Assembly: GCA_040752075.1 (NCBI GenBank)
Contig: JBFMFQ010000003.1
Coordinates: 1-50,225 of the forward strand
Reading direction: 5' to 3'
DNA: 50,225 nucleotides
Source of the DNA: Candidatus Zixiibacteriota bacterium
GTDB lineage: Bacteria; Zixibacteria; MSB-5A5; WJJR01
Shown: one piece after another, positions 25,966 through 35,936 of the stretch
Position numbering within the stretch: the first letter of the stretch is position 1
Layout of the letters: each line of letters starts with the position of its first letter
Notes under the pieces: model-generated
Seen by the model: only the letters and a program-made list of their open reading frames with translations
Told to the model about the DNA's origin: nothing
Database searches by the model: none
Translations under genes and position numbers: made by a program

Positions 25966-27401
25966 GAAGCCGTGTTCCTCTCCGCGAGAGCGGCCACGAG
26001 ACTCTTGAAGACCCGTCCGCGGTGCTCGTAGTTGTCGAATTGATCAAAGCTGGCGCATGCCGGCGACAACAGCACGATGTCGCCGGGTTCGGCAATCTCC
26101 ACCGCGGCATCGAAGGCATCCGCAAACTTGTCGGCGGTGCGGTACGGCAACTGGCTGCCCAGTTCCACTTCGAGTTTCGGGGCCGCCTTCCCGGTGAAGA
26201 TCAAGGCGCGTGCACGCTCCTTCAAAAGCGGGGCGAGAACTGTGAAGTCGGAGTTCTTGTCGAGACCGCCAAGAATTACGACGAGAGGACGATCCAGCGC
26301 CTGAAGCGCCTTTTCGACCGCATCGGGATTTGTGGCCTTCGAGTCGTTGATGTAAGTCACGCCGCGAACTTCGGCGACGTGCTCGATTCGGTGCTCGACA
26401 CCCCGGAACGCCGTCAGGCCGGGTTCGATTTCATGCGGCGACAGCCCATCGGCCAGCGCCATGGCGACCGCGGCGGCGGCGTTCATGCGGTTGTGTGTCC
26501 CCGGCGGGATGAGACGGTCCGAACCGGGAATTGTGCCGGACCGTTTGCCGTCGCTCCATGAGAGCACCGCGCCGTCGAGCCAAACGCCTGCGCGCACCGG
26601 ACCCCGTGCGGAAAACCACCAGCGCCGTGCCTTTCCGCTGGGTTTCTCACGATCCCATTTCACGACCAGCGGATCATCGGCATTCAGCACGGCGGTGTCC
26701 GCCACTGTCTGATTCTCGAAGAGACGGAACTTCAGACGGATGTACTCCTCGTAGGTGCCGTGCCGATCGAGGTGATCGGGCGATAGATTGAGCAGCGCGC
26801 CGACATGCGGGCGGAACTCCTCGATCCGTTCAAGCTGAAAGGTCGATACCTCGAGGATGGCGCGCTCCTCCCCGGTCAGACGGTCGGCAAACTCGGCGAA
26901 GGCGCGCCCGATGTTGCCCCCGACCTGCGCCGGACGACGCGCATGCTCATAGATTGATCCGAGCCACGATGTTGTCGTGGTCTTGCCGTTGGACCCGGTG
27001 ACCGCCAGTATCGGCGCCGGGGCGAGCCAGGAGGCAACTTCGAGTTCGGAGAAAACAGGCAGAGAGCGCTCCCGGGCCAGCGAGAGCAGGAGGTTCGATT
27101 CGGGGACACCGGGACTGGTGACCACGAAGTCAACACCCTCGATCGCGCCGGGGGTGTGCCCGCCGGTTTCGTAACGAATGCCGTCGCCGCGAAGCCGCGC
27201 GGTTGCTTCGCGCAACGCATCCTCCGGCTTCACTTCCGACACGAAGACCCGTCCGCCGGCGTGGGTCAAAAGCCGCGCTGCGGCGACACCGGAGCGCGCC
27301 ATTCCCACAACGAGAATCGAGCGGTCTTTGATTCGGTCTTTGGACACGGGCAACCAGTCGTTCAGGGTTGACACATCGGTTTGTGCAGTGACGAATATCA
27401 T
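25962..27401 (-). CDS. murD: UDP-N-acetylmuramoyl-L-alanine--D-glutamate ligase
   Basis: VGMARSG, TGSNGKTTT, NDSKATN, LSPACASFDQF. ATG start overlaps the mraY stop. Confidence 0.97.
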   Translation of the reverse strand: MIFVTAQTDVSTLNDWLPVSKDRIKDRSILVVGMARSGVAAARLLTHAGGRVFVSEVKPEDALREATARLRGDGIRYETGGHTPGAIEGVDFVVTSPGVPESNLLLSLARERSLPVFSELEVASWLAPAPILAVTGSNGKTTTTSWLGSIYEHARRPAQVGGNIGRAFAEFADRLTGEERAILEVSTFQLERIEEFRPHVGALLNLSPDHLDRHGTYEEYIRLKFRLFENQTVADTAVLNADDPLVVKWDREKPSGKARRWWFSARGPVRAGVWLDGAVLSWSDGKRSGTIPGSDRLIPPGTHNRMNAAAAVAMALADGLSPHEIEPGLTAFRGVEHRIEHVAEVRGVTYINDSKATNPDAVEKALQALDRPLVVILGGLDKNSDFTVLAPLLKERARALIFTGKAAPKLEVELGSQLPYRTADKFADAFDAAVEIAEPGDIVLLSPACASFDQFDNYEHRGRVFKSLVAALAERNTAS

Positions 27402-28486
27402 CAGCGAATCTTCAGGGTTGAGAGTGTCACGAGGGCGCAAATCGCCCCCATGATCCAGAACCGCACGACCACTTTCTGTTCGGGCCATCCAAGCAGTTCG
27501 AAGTGATGATGCAACGGCGCCATCCGGAAGATGCGGTTGCCTGTCCACCGGAAGTACCCGACCTGGATAATGACCGACAGGGCCTCTGCAGCAAAAACGC
27601 CACCGAGTATTAGAAGGAGGAACTCTTTTTTCACCAGGATCGCGATGGCGCCCAGCGCACCGCCCAGCGCGAGGGCGCCGGTGTCACCCATGAAGACTTC
27701 GGCCGGGTGCGCGTTAAACCAGAGAAATCCGAGAGCGGCGCCGATCGCCGCGGCGCAGTAGATCGTCAGTTCGCCCGCACCGGGCAGGTAGGTGATGGCC
27801 AGGTAGCGCGAGAAGTCCGCGCGTCCGGTGACATAGCAGATGCCGGCGAACGCCAGAAACGCGATGCCGGAAAGTCCGATCGCCAGGCCATCGAGCCCGT
27901 CGGTGAGGTTGACCGCATTCGATGTGGCGGCGACCACCAGGAGGACAAACGGGATGTAGAAGATGCCCAGCGGCAGGACGAGGTTTTTGAGAAACGGAAC
28001 ATCGGTCGCTGTCGTGAACTCGGGAGCCGGCGGCCAGCCATAAAGACTGATGCCGAGGATCAAGCCGAGTATCAATTGGCCGGCGAGTTTCTTTTTGGCC
28101 ACGAGCCCCTTGGGCTGCTTTCGCACCGCCTTGAAGTAGTCATCGACCCAGCCGATCACACCCATGCCGGCGGTGACGCCGATGATCAACTGGATGTACC
28201 GGTTGGTGAGATCGGCCCAGAGCAGTGTCGGCACCAGGATGGAGAGGAGGATGATGAATCCGCCCATCGTGGGCGTGCCTTCTTTTGCCAGGTGCGATTG
28301 GGGACCCTCGCGCCGGATCTTTTCGCGGATCTGGTATCGTTTGAGCGCCGCGATGATCTTCGGGCCAAGCCAGATCGAGATGAATAGTGCGGTCACGACG
28401 GCGTATGCCGCGCGAAACGTTATGTAGCGAAACAGATTGAACGCGGAAAAGACATCACGCAGCGGGTAGAGGAGATGAAAGAACAT
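27401..28486 (-). CDS. mraY: Phospho-N-acetylmuramoyl-pentapeptide transferase
   Basis: KEGTPTMGG, NAVNLTDGLDG, FMGDTG, MAPLHHHFE. Confidence 0.98.
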   Translation of the reverse strand: MFFHLLYPLRDVFSAFNLFRYITFRAAYAVVTALFISIWLGPKIIAALKRYQIREKIRREGPQSHLAKEGTPTMGGFIILLSILVPTLLWADLTNRYIQLIIGVTAGMGVIGWVDDYFKAVRKQPKGLVAKKKLAGQLILGLILGISLYGWPPAPEFTTATDVPFLKNLVLPLGIFYIPFVLLVVAATSNAVNLTDGLDGLAIGLSGIAFLAFAGICYVTGRADFSRYLAITYLPGAGELTIYCAAAIGAALGFLWFNAHPAEVFMGDTGALALGGALGAIAILVKKEFLLLILGGVFAAEALSVIIQVGYFRWTGNRIFRMAPLHHHFELLGWPEQKVVVRFWIMGAICALVTLSTLKIR

Positions 28487-28516
28487 GGCTGGCTCGATGG
28501 TCGCGGGGAGGAGTCC

Positions 28517-29929
28517 CTATGCGCGTTTCCCCTGGAGGCGGTTTGCGGCCCACTCACGGATGGCCTGGCCAAGTATCTCAAACTGTTCTGAATGTGATGC
28601 CTTAAGCAGTACGATGTCACCGGTCTTCACCAGTTTTGCGAGGCCCTTTGCGGCCGCGCTGAGATCGGCGAAGTGGCGGTAATCGACTGTCCGCCCGGCC
28701 AGCGACGCTCCCCGCACGTACTCCTTGGCCAGGGGCCCGACGGTCACGAGGATGTCGGCCGTGTGCGCCGCGACCCGGCCGACCGCGCGGTGGAACTCGC
28801 GTTCACGCGGTCCCAACTCGCGCATCGCGCCCAAAACGGCGATCTTGCGCCGGATTCCCCCAACCGTGGAGAGCGTGCGCAGCGCCGCCTCGGTCGACGT
28901 CGGGTTGGCGTTGTAGCAATCCTCAATAAGGATTATTCCGCCCAGACGTTCGAAACGGGAGCGATGGCCGACCGGACGGACTTTGCGCAGTCCGGCGGCG
29001 ATTCCGGCGAATGAAACACCGAGCCGGTGCGCGACGGCCACGGTCGCCGTAGCGTTGATGACGTTATGGCTCCCGGGTATCGAGAGACTGAATTGGTGCC
29101 GGTGATTCACACGGAACGTCGTGCGCCCGGAGCGGTCGGACTGAATGTCGGTCGCGCAATAGTCGGCGCCGGCATCAAGTCCGAAGGTCACCGTCGGGCG
29201 TGTCCAACGGGCCATCCAGCGGCGCTGCCACGGATCGCCGGCGTTGAGGAAGGCGACCGTGTCGGGAGACGAGTGATCGAACAGCTCGCGTTTGGCGCGG
29301 GCGATGGCGCTCAAGGTCTTCAACTGTTGCAGGTGCGAAGGTGCAATCAGCGTAACGACGCCCCACGACGGTTCCACAATCTCGACCAGGCGGGCGATTT
29401 CACCGGGGGTCGACATGCCGAGTTCGAGGACGCCGAGGTCTTCGGGACGAGACGAACGGGCATTGCGCGAGAGCAGGGCCAGCGGAATGCCGATCAGGTT
29501 GTTGTAGTTACCGGGCGACTTGAACACGGAGAACTTCTGCGCCAGGGCGCCGGCGATCAGTTCTTTCGTCGTGGTCTTCCCCACCGAGCCGGTCACCGCG
29601 ACATAGCGGGTTGGGAACACACGCCGGAACTCCTGCGCCAGATCGCCCAGCGCGGTCAGCGGATCATCCACGCCGACGACCGGAACGCCCCAGGTCCTCC
29701 AGCGGCGCGCGTGACGGCGGTCGGCGAAGATCACGCCCGCCTCCCGCTCGCCGGCCTTGGCCGCAAACTGATGACCGTCGGTCTTCCCACGGAGACAGAA
29801 GAAGGCATTGCCGGATTTCAGCGTGCGTGTGTCGACCGACACACCCGCAAACCGGCGTTTCGCCAATTGGTTATTGACCAACGACCCGTTGGTAATCTGA
29901 CACGCTGTTTCAACGCTCATGCGAATCAC
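28517..29929 (-). CDS. murF: UDP-N-acetylmuramoyl-tripeptide--D-Ala-D-Ala ligase
   Basis: TGSVGKTTTKE, GNYNNLIGIP, DCYNANP, LGAMRELG, LLKAS. Confidence 0.95.
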   Translation of the reverse strand: MIRMSVETACQITNGSLVNNQLAKRRFAGVSVDTRTLKSGNAFFCLRGKTDGHQFAAKAGEREAGVIFADRRHARRWRTWGVPVVGVDDPLTALGDLAQEFRRVFPTRYVAVTGSVGKTTTKELIAGALAQKFSVFKSPGNYNNLIGIPLALLSRNARSSRPEDLGVLELGMSTPGEIARLVEIVEPSWGVVTLIAPSHLQQLKTLSAIARAKRELFDHSSPDTVAFLNAGDPWQRRWMARWTRPTVTFGLDAGADYCATDIQSDRSGRTTFRVNHRHQFSLSIPGSHNVINATATVAVAHRLGVSFAGIAAGLRKVRPVGHRSRFERLGGIILIEDCYNANPTSTEAALRTLSTVGGIRRKIAVLGAMRELGPREREFHRAVGRVAAHTADILVTVGPLAKEYVRGASLAGRTVDYRHFADLSAAAKGLAKLVKTGDIVLLKASHSEQFEILGQAIREWAANRLQGKRA

Positions 29930-29959
29930 GGTGCTGTATGTTCACGCGGCATGCCGCGA

Positions 29960-31510
29960 TTAAGATCGAGTTGGCGATGGGTCCCCCCCTGGACCCACCG
30001 CCGAACCGGGAAGAATCCCGCCCCCCCTGGGGGTCTGCGGCGCGTGCCCGCGCGCCGCGAGAATCTGTGCCGCCGTTTCACGGTCGGAGAAGTGATGAAA
30101 GACGCCGGCGATTTCCTGAGTGTCCTCGTGGCCTTTCCCGCACAGAAAGACCGCATCGCCGGGCTGTGCATCGCCGATCGACCGTTCGATGGCACGGACC
30201 CGATCGGGGTCGCTCCACACTTGCGACCCCTTTGAAAAACCAACCGTCACATCCGCGATGATGGAATTGGGGTCCTCAGACCGCGGATTGTCGGAAGTCA
30301 GATAGATTCGGTCGGCCCAGCGTTCGACCGCCTGCGCCATTTCGGGGCGCTTGCCTTTGTCGCGATCGCCGCCGCAGCCGAAGAGAACGAGAAGCCGTCC
30401 CCTGACCAGCGGCCGGGCCGCCGAGAGAACGGCGTTGAGCGCATCGGGAGTGTGCGCGTAGTCGACAAACACATCGAACGGCGCGCTGGCGGGAACCCGC
30501 TCGATGCGCCCGGAGATCCCCACGAACGCCGCGATGCCGTCGCTGATGTCCTTGTCGCTGATACCCTGCACATGCGCCGCCGCGGCCATGGCCGCGATGT
30601 TCGAATGACTGAACGCGCCCCAGAGCGGCGACCGGAAGCGGATGGTCCGGTTCTCCACCGTGATCCGGCCCTCGGTGCCTTTCAGGGAATGTTGATCCGG
30701 TTGCAAGAAGAGATCGGCATCGACATTGCGGACCGAGTAACGGCAAATCCGTGTGCGCCGGGCGGCCGCCAGGACCGCGCCGAAGGACGGATCATCCATG
30801 TTGATCACCGCCGAGGCGGAGTCGGCATCGAGGTGCTCGAAGAAGGATGCCTTTACGCGGCGGTACTCTTCGAAAGTCTTGTGAAAGTCGAGGTGATCGC
30901 GTGTGATATTGGTGAAGATCCCGCAACGGAAGCGAACCCCCCAGACACGGTCGAGCACGATCGCGTGCGATGACACCTCCGCCGCGGCCGCCTGGATGCC
31001 CTCGTCGCGCATGGCGGCAATCATCTCGTAGAAATCCGGCGCTTCCGGTGTGGTGCGCGACGCGCGGCGAACCTGGGTGCCCCAGCGGTAATCGACGGTG
31101 CCGAGCAAGCCGGCGGGAATGCCGGCGGTCTCGAAGATCGTCCGCAGGCCGGCGGCCACGGTGGATTTTCCGTTGGTGCCGATGACGGCGCTCAAACGCA
31201 CATCATGGTCCGGATGATTCCAGAAGCGTCCGGCGGCAATCGCCATGGCGCGGCGCGCCCTGGGAACAACGACGACCGGGATGGCGAGATCGACCGCATG
31301 CTCGGCGACCACCGCCGAAGCGCCGCGCCGTGCGGCATCGCGGGCGAAGCTCGCGCCGTCGGCATGAACCCCGGGCAGGGCGAAGAACAGATCGGCGGGC
31401 TTCACCCGCCGGGAATCGTACGCCAGCCCGCCGATGCGCACCACGGCGGCATCGCCCGACAAACCATCGAGCAAGTCACCCAGCGGGCGCGTCTTTGCGC
31501 TTGTCATCAT
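29960..31510 (-). CDS. murE: UDP-N-acetylmuramoyl-dipeptide--meso-DAP ligase
   Basis: GTNGKST, RTTPE, DYAHTPDA, FGCGGDRD, SDNPR (DAP-specific motif), GKGHE. Confidence 0.96.
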   Translation of the reverse strand: MMTSAKTRPLGDLLDGLSGDAAVVRIGGLAYDSRRVKPADLFFALPGVHADGASFARDAARRGASAVVAEHAVDLAIPVVVVPRARRAMAIAAGRFWNHPDHDVRLSAVIGTNGKSTVAAGLRTIFETAGIPAGLLGTVDYRWGTQVRRASRTTPEAPDFYEMIAAMRDEGIQAAAAEVSSHAIVLDRVWGVRFRCGIFTNITRDHLDFHKTFEEYRRVKASFFEHLDADSASAVINMDDPSFGAVLAAARRTRICRYSVRNVDADLFLQPDQHSLKGTEGRITVENRTIRFRSPLWGAFSHSNIAAMAAAAHVQGISDKDISDGIAAFVGISGRIERVPASAPFDVFVDYAHTPDALNAVLSAARPLVRGRLLVLFGCGGDRDKGKRPEMAQAVERWADRIYLTSDNPRSEDPNSIIADVTVGFSKGSQVWSDPDRVRAIERSIGDAQPGDAVFLCGKGHEDTQEIAGVFHHFSDRETAAQILAARGHAPQTPRGGGILPGSAVGPGGDPSPTRS

Positions 31511-33615
31511 CGCAGTGTGAGACGGCATACACGTTTTTCCGACAGCGGGGTTTGTGGCGGCGGATCCTGGGCGGCCACCACTCCGGCTCCATCGACAGCG
31601 CAAATCGCGCCGACACCCCGCAGCAAACTGAGCGCATCGCGCAGGTTGAGACCGCGGCAATCCGGCCATGTATCCGGCTCGGGATTCGTGGCCGCCATCG
31701 CTTCATCCCGCACCGCGCTCCATTTCTCCCAGTAGTTGGTACCCCCGTGGGCGGCGGGCCGTTGGGCCCGCTCCGCATCCAACGGCGCGTCCGCGCCGGT
31801 TCCATTCGCGCCGGCCGCCCGCGCTTCGACGACCGAGATCATCGGCGCGACGGCGTTCACCAGCCGGTTCGTCCAGGCGTCCTGGTTTTCGAAGCGTGTA
31901 TCGGCGAGTTTGAATCCCGCGGGTTCATCATCGGTGGGTCGCTCATCGCCGAGGCCGATTCCCTGTTTGATTGTGCTCAGGAGGACGGGCGCCGCGGTGT
32001 AGCCGCCGTAGTGCACGCCCTTCGGCTCATCGAGAATGACCAGACCGACTATTTCCGGGCGGTCCGCCGGGTAGAACCCGACAAAAACGGCCATGAACTT
32101 GCTCTTGTCGTACGACCGTGTCTGAAGATTCGGTTTTTCCGCCGTGCCGGTCTTGCCGGCGATGGGGAATTCCGGGTCCCAAATCTGCTTGGCGGTTCCT
32201 TCACGCACGACGCCGGCCATCAGGCCCTTCATGAGGTGCGCCACTTCCGGACGGAGGATGCGGGTCCCGACCGCGGGGACTTTGGTCACCTTGCCGTTGG
32301 GATGCTCGATGGCATCGACAAGATGAGGGCGGATTCGGTAGCCGCCGTTGGCGATGGTCGCCGCCGCGCTGGCCAACTGAAGCGGCGTGACCGCGACCCC
32401 GTGCCCGATTGAGAGGGTCGCGATGTTGATCGCCGATGCCTTCTGCGTGGCGATGCGTCCCGCCGATTCGCCCAACAGGTCGATGCCCGTGGTGTCGCCG
32501 AAGCCGAAACGCCGCGCCCAGTAGTCGAGGCGTCCGGGCTGCATCAAGTTGGCGATCTTGGCCGTGCCAATGTTGGAGCTGACCACGAAGACCTCGGCGG
32601 CCGACAGCACCCCGTGCTTCTTGTCATCGTGAAGCGTGCGGTTGGAGAAGCGGGCTTCGCCGTTTTCGCAATCGAAGTAGCGGTCGAGCGTGATGACTCC
32701 GTCGGAGAGCGCGCCGGCAAAGGGAATGATCTTGAAGGCCGAGCCCGGCTCGATCACATCGGAGATCAGGCGGCACTTCGGCGAGGAGCGTCCCGGGCCC
32801 GCCGGATCGTAATCGGCCATGGCGATGATACCGCCGGTGTGCGGATTCATCAGAAGCGCCATGCCGGAGCGTGCGCTCCATTGGTCCACCGCCTTGGCCA
32901 GTTCTTCGGTCAGAATGGACTGCCAATTCCAGTCGAGGGTCAGCCGGAGGCGTGAACCCGCCTGCAACGGCGTAATCGGCACCGGATCGATGGCGAAGTG
33001 ACGCCCGGTGGCATCGGCCACCAGGACACCTTCCCCGTCGATTCCCTTGAGCATGTCGTCGTAGGCCAGTTCGAGCCCGGAGAGACCATTGAGCCCATCG
33101 CCGACGAATCCGACAGGATCGGTCGCCCCGGGAATGACACACGGGTAATCCCGCCGGTACTCGCCGGTGGCGTGGACGCCCGGGAGTTTCCATGACTTGA
33201 CCCGTTCCGCGGTCGTCTCATCGCAGCGGCGGAGCATCCAGGTGAAGCGATCGGAACGCTCATCGAAGTTTGCCGCGAGACGATTGACGCGTTCACCAGT
33301 CAACGGGGCGAATTTCGTTGCCAAAAGCCGCGCCGTGGACTCGCGGTTGGGGTAGGCGAAGAACGATTCGGTGCCGACGTTGATGGCGAGCAGCCGTCCG
33401 CGCGCATCGAGGATTTCGCCACGCGGCGCGACGAGCCGGACTTTGCGGTCGCTCTGGCGAATCGCGACATCGGCCAGGGTCGTTCGGTTGACCAACTGCA
33501 ATTGAACAGCGCGGAGCCACAGCACCCCCCAAACGCACACGGCGATCGCGACCAAGAGGTGCCTGCGCCTGGTGAAGACCGCTTCGAGTTTCCGTGTTTT
33601 GGTGGTGTGAACCAT
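31507..33615 (-). CDS. ftsI: Division transpeptidase FtsI/PBP3 with C-terminal PASTA domain
   Basis: RGEILD, SxxK (EPGSAFK), SSN, KTGT motifs; WPDCRGLNLRDA PASTA-like C-terminus. Confidence 0.93.
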   Translation of the reverse strand: MVHTTKTRKLEAVFTRRRHLLVAIAVCVWGVLWLRAVQLQLVNRTTLADVAIRQSDRKVRLVAPRGEILDARGRLLAINVGTESFFAYPNRESTARLLATKFAPLTGERVNRLAANFDERSDRFTWMLRRCDETTAERVKSWKLPGVHATGEYRRDYPCVIPGATDPVGFVGDGLNGLSGLELAYDDMLKGIDGEGVLVADATGRHFAIDPVPITPLQAGSRLRLTLDWNWQSILTEELAKAVDQWSARSGMALLMNPHTGGIIAMADYDPAGPGRSSPKCRLISDVIEPGSAFKIIPFAGALSDGVITLDRYFDCENGEARFSNRTLHDDKKHGVLSAAEVFVVSSNIGTAKIANLMQPGRLDYWARRFGFGDTTGIDLLGESAGRIATQKASAINIATLSIGHGVAVTPLQLASAAATIANGGYRIRPHLVDAIEHPNGKVTKVPAVGTRILRPEVAHLMKGLMAGVVREGTAKQIWDPEFPIAGKTGTAEKPNLQTRSYDKSKFMAVFVGFYPADRPEIVGLVILDEPKGVHYGGYTAAPVLLSTIKQGIGLGDERPTDDEPAGFKLADTRFENQDAWTNRLVNAVAPMISVVEARAAGANGTGADAPLDAERAQRPAAHGGTNYWEKWSAVRDEAMAATNPEPDTWPDCRGLNLRDALSLLRGVGAICAVDGAGVVAAQDPPPQTPLSEKRVCRLTLR

Positions 33616-33711
33616 GTTCCGTCCGATGGAACCGCCTGTGTGCCCCGCCGGGCCCCGCGCCGTTTAGTTCGTTATTGCCGACACTCCATCCCTGATCACC
33701 CGCATCCGCTG

Positions 33712-34041
33712 TCAGATGCCGCTGTCATTCACCGTTACCGGAGCGGCGGCGTTTCCCTCTTGTCCGCTCTCCGCCAGCCGGCGCTTCTGATCCGCGCGCA
33801 CCGGTTTTAATCCCAGGTGGGCGGTCGCAATCGATTCGATCCGTCCCCGCGAGGTCAGCCGGGCGTTGTCCGCCAACAGCGCATCGCGCGTTTCGATGAG
33901 TTCATCGATGTGTTTGCGCAAGAGCGCGACCCGGCGCCCGCTTTGCACCACCGCATAACTCTGCCAGACCCAGAGGGTGGCGACCACGAACACGCCGATC
34001 CACCAGCGGCGCCGCAGAAAACCAACCATGCCCGCGATCAT
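33712..34041 (-). CDS. ftsL: Cell division protein FtsL
   Basis: TM helix + coiled coil + LTSRGRIESIATAHLGL; located between rsmH and ftsI. Confidence 0.82.
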   Translation of the reverse strand: MIAGMVGFLRRRWWIGVFVVATLWVWQSYAVVQSGRRVALLRKHIDELIETRDALLADNARLTSRGRIESIATAHLGLKPVRADQKRRLAESGQEGNAAAPVTVNDSGI

Positions 34042-34991
34042 CGCGCGGCCTCCATCCCGACCACGCGTTCAAAGACCCGCAGGCGGGCGGCCTTGGCCCG
34101 GGGATTGCGGGCGACTTCTTCGGGCGAGGGACGCAGGACGTGGCGGTGCAGCACGCGTCCTTTGGGATCGGCCCCGCACATGCACTTCGGGTAGGAACGG
34201 GGGCAATTGCAGACACGCGACGCCTCGCGGAAGTGGGTCTTTACAATCCGGTCTTCCAGGGAATGGTAGGCAAGAGTGACCAGCCGTCCGCCGCCGGCGA
34301 GGCGGTCGATCACGGCACGCAGCCCTTCGGGGATGGCATCGAGTTCTTCGTTCACAACGATGCGCAATGCCTGCCACACGCGGGCGGCGGTGCGCCCCAG
34401 ACGGGGACCGGAGAAGCCAGTCGCTGACTCCACCTCAGTCAGCAACTGGCGGGAGGTGTGGATCGGGTCTGTGCGGCGGACGGCCACGATTCGCCTGGCA
34501 ATCGCCCGGGAACGGGGTTCTTCGCCGAACGCGAAGATTGTGTTGGCGATTTCGGCTTCCGACGCGGCAGCCAGCCACTCGTAAGCGGGAATTCCCACAG
34601 AAGGGTCGAAGCGCAGATCCAGTGGACCATCGGCTCTGTAAGCCATGCCGGTTGACGGATCGTCTAACTGCAAACTGGACAACCCTAGGTCTAGAAGCGC
34701 GCCGGTCACCTGCCGGATGCCGAGCGTCTCGCAGTGCCGGGTGAAGTCGCGGTAGTTTCCGTGGATGAGCGTCACCCGATCGCCGAAAGGCGACAGACGC
34801 TGGCGGGCAGTTTCCACCGCACGGGGGTCGCGGTCCATCGCGATGAGTTTTCCCTGGGAGCTGAGCGCCTTCATGATTCGTAGCGAGTGGCCGGCGCCGC
34901 CGGCGGTCAGATCAGCGTAGATGCCGTTTCTATCCGTGATGAGATCACGCAGCACTTCGGACGCCATGACCGGGAGATGCCCGGCCGCCGT
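34038..34991 (-). CDS. rsmH: 16S rRNA m4C1402 methyltransferase RsmH (start uncertain; first ATG at 34967)
   Basis: DLTAGGAGHS, DLGLSSLQLD, DGPLDLR, YHSLEDRIVK, NPRAKAARLR. The conserved HxPV lies upstream of the first ATG. Confidence 0.95.
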   Translation of the reverse strand, partial: TAAGHLPVMASEVLRDLITDRNGIYADLTAGGAGHSLRIMKALSSQGKLIAMDRDPRAVETARQRLSPFGDRVTLIHGNYRDFTRHCETLGIRQVTGALLDLGLSSLQLDDPSTGMAYRADGPLDLRFDPSVGIPAYEWLAAASEAEIANTIFAFGEEPRSRAIARRIVAVRRTDPIHTSRQLLTEVESATGFSGPRLGRTAARVWQALRIVVNEELDAIPEGLRAVIDRLAGGGRLVTLAYHSLEDRIVKTHFREASRVCNCPRSYPKCMCGADPKGRVLHRHVLRPSPEEVARNPRAKAARLRVFERVVGMEAAR

Positions 34992-35008
34992 GTCCTCTCC
35001 CTCATCCG

Positions 35009-35446
35009 CTAGAGGAGCAATTGCGCCGCCACCTCCGCGTAGGTCTTGCCGTAACCCTTGAGATAATTCTGGAAGCGATCCTCGTCCCAGATTTCGATTC
35101 GCTTTATCATGCCGATGATGCGTATTTCTTTTTTGAGACCGGCCTTGTTGATCAGGTCCGGTGGAAGCAGAATGCGCGACTGACGGTCGGGGGATACCTC
35201 GACCTTGTTGGACATGAGTTGACGGAGCACGTAGTTGGCGTCGGGGTGCGCGAAATTGAAGGTCTCAAACTTGGCTTCGATGCGCTGCCACTCCGGCTCC
35301 GGGAAGAGAAACAACTGCTCCTCCACACCGAAGGTGAGCTGACACTTGTCGAGCGCGACATCCGAGCTCTGGCGCAGGCGGACCGGCAGATGGAGTCGAT
35401 TCTTCGAATCCAGAGTGCCTATGTATGACCCCGAAAATCCCGCCAT
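35009..35446 (-). CDS. mraZ: Division/cell wall cluster transcriptional regulator MraZ
   Basis: FSGSY..TLDSKNRLHLP, DRQSRILLP, IEIWDE; first gene of the dcw cluster. Confidence 0.93.
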   Translation of the reverse strand: MAGFSGSYIGTLDSKNRLHLPVRLRQSSDVALDKCQLTFGVEEQLFLFPEPEWQRIEAKFETFNFAHPDANYVLRQLMSNKVEVSPDRQSRILLPPDLINKAGLKKEIRIIGMIKRIEIWDEDRFQNYLKGYGKTYAEVAAQLLL

Positions 35447-35589
35447 GGACTTCGACCCACCTCCGGCGGCCGACACCGGCCGTTTGACTCGTAAGACCCT
35501 CGCGATGGGAGTGAGAGTGGGGTTTGGAGGTTCACGGTGAGACGGCTACCCACTGAGGGGGTTTGTCCACCGATTTAACCTATCATTTT

Positions 35590-35624
35590 CCCACTTATTC
35601 CCACCTCTCGTCACTCAGCCCCAC
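35590..35624 (-). promoter_or_regulatory. MraZ-binding direct repeats
   Basis: On the minus strand, GTGGG/GTGA units repeat with exact 10-nt period (plus-strand CCCAC 35590, CCCAC 35600, TCAC 35611, CCCAC 35620) upstream of mraZ. Confidence 0.8.
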
Positions 35625-35808
35625 TATATGGGAATCCGAGGGCGGGTCAAGGACATTCTCCAATTCCTGCGAAAAAAACGTGACGAAAACTTGATCCGGA
35701 AGTCGTTGACTGCATTTGCCTTTTGCCCAGTCAGTTAACTCTGCACCGCCGCCTCCAACGTCAAATGACGTCGTAGAACGTCAACTCAAAATATCATATC
35801 ATATTCGG

Positions 35809-35871
35809 AATCAGCGACTTATAGGCGTCGCATGAAGTAGAATCCGCGACGCCGAGTGGCAAGACAATTGC
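35809..35871 (+). promoter_or_regulatory. IHF-like site plus sigma54 -24/-12 promoter for the C25 peptidase
   Basis: AATCAGCGACTTA (35809-35821) fits WATCAR-N4-TTR. TGGCAAGACAATTGC (35857-35871) has canonical GG-N10-GC spacing. Confidence 0.6.
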
Positions 35872-35936
35872 GTGAATACCCCCGGCGATGGGCAGTCGGA
35901 GCTAATGTCCGACTTTGACTCGCCGGGGGAAATCAC

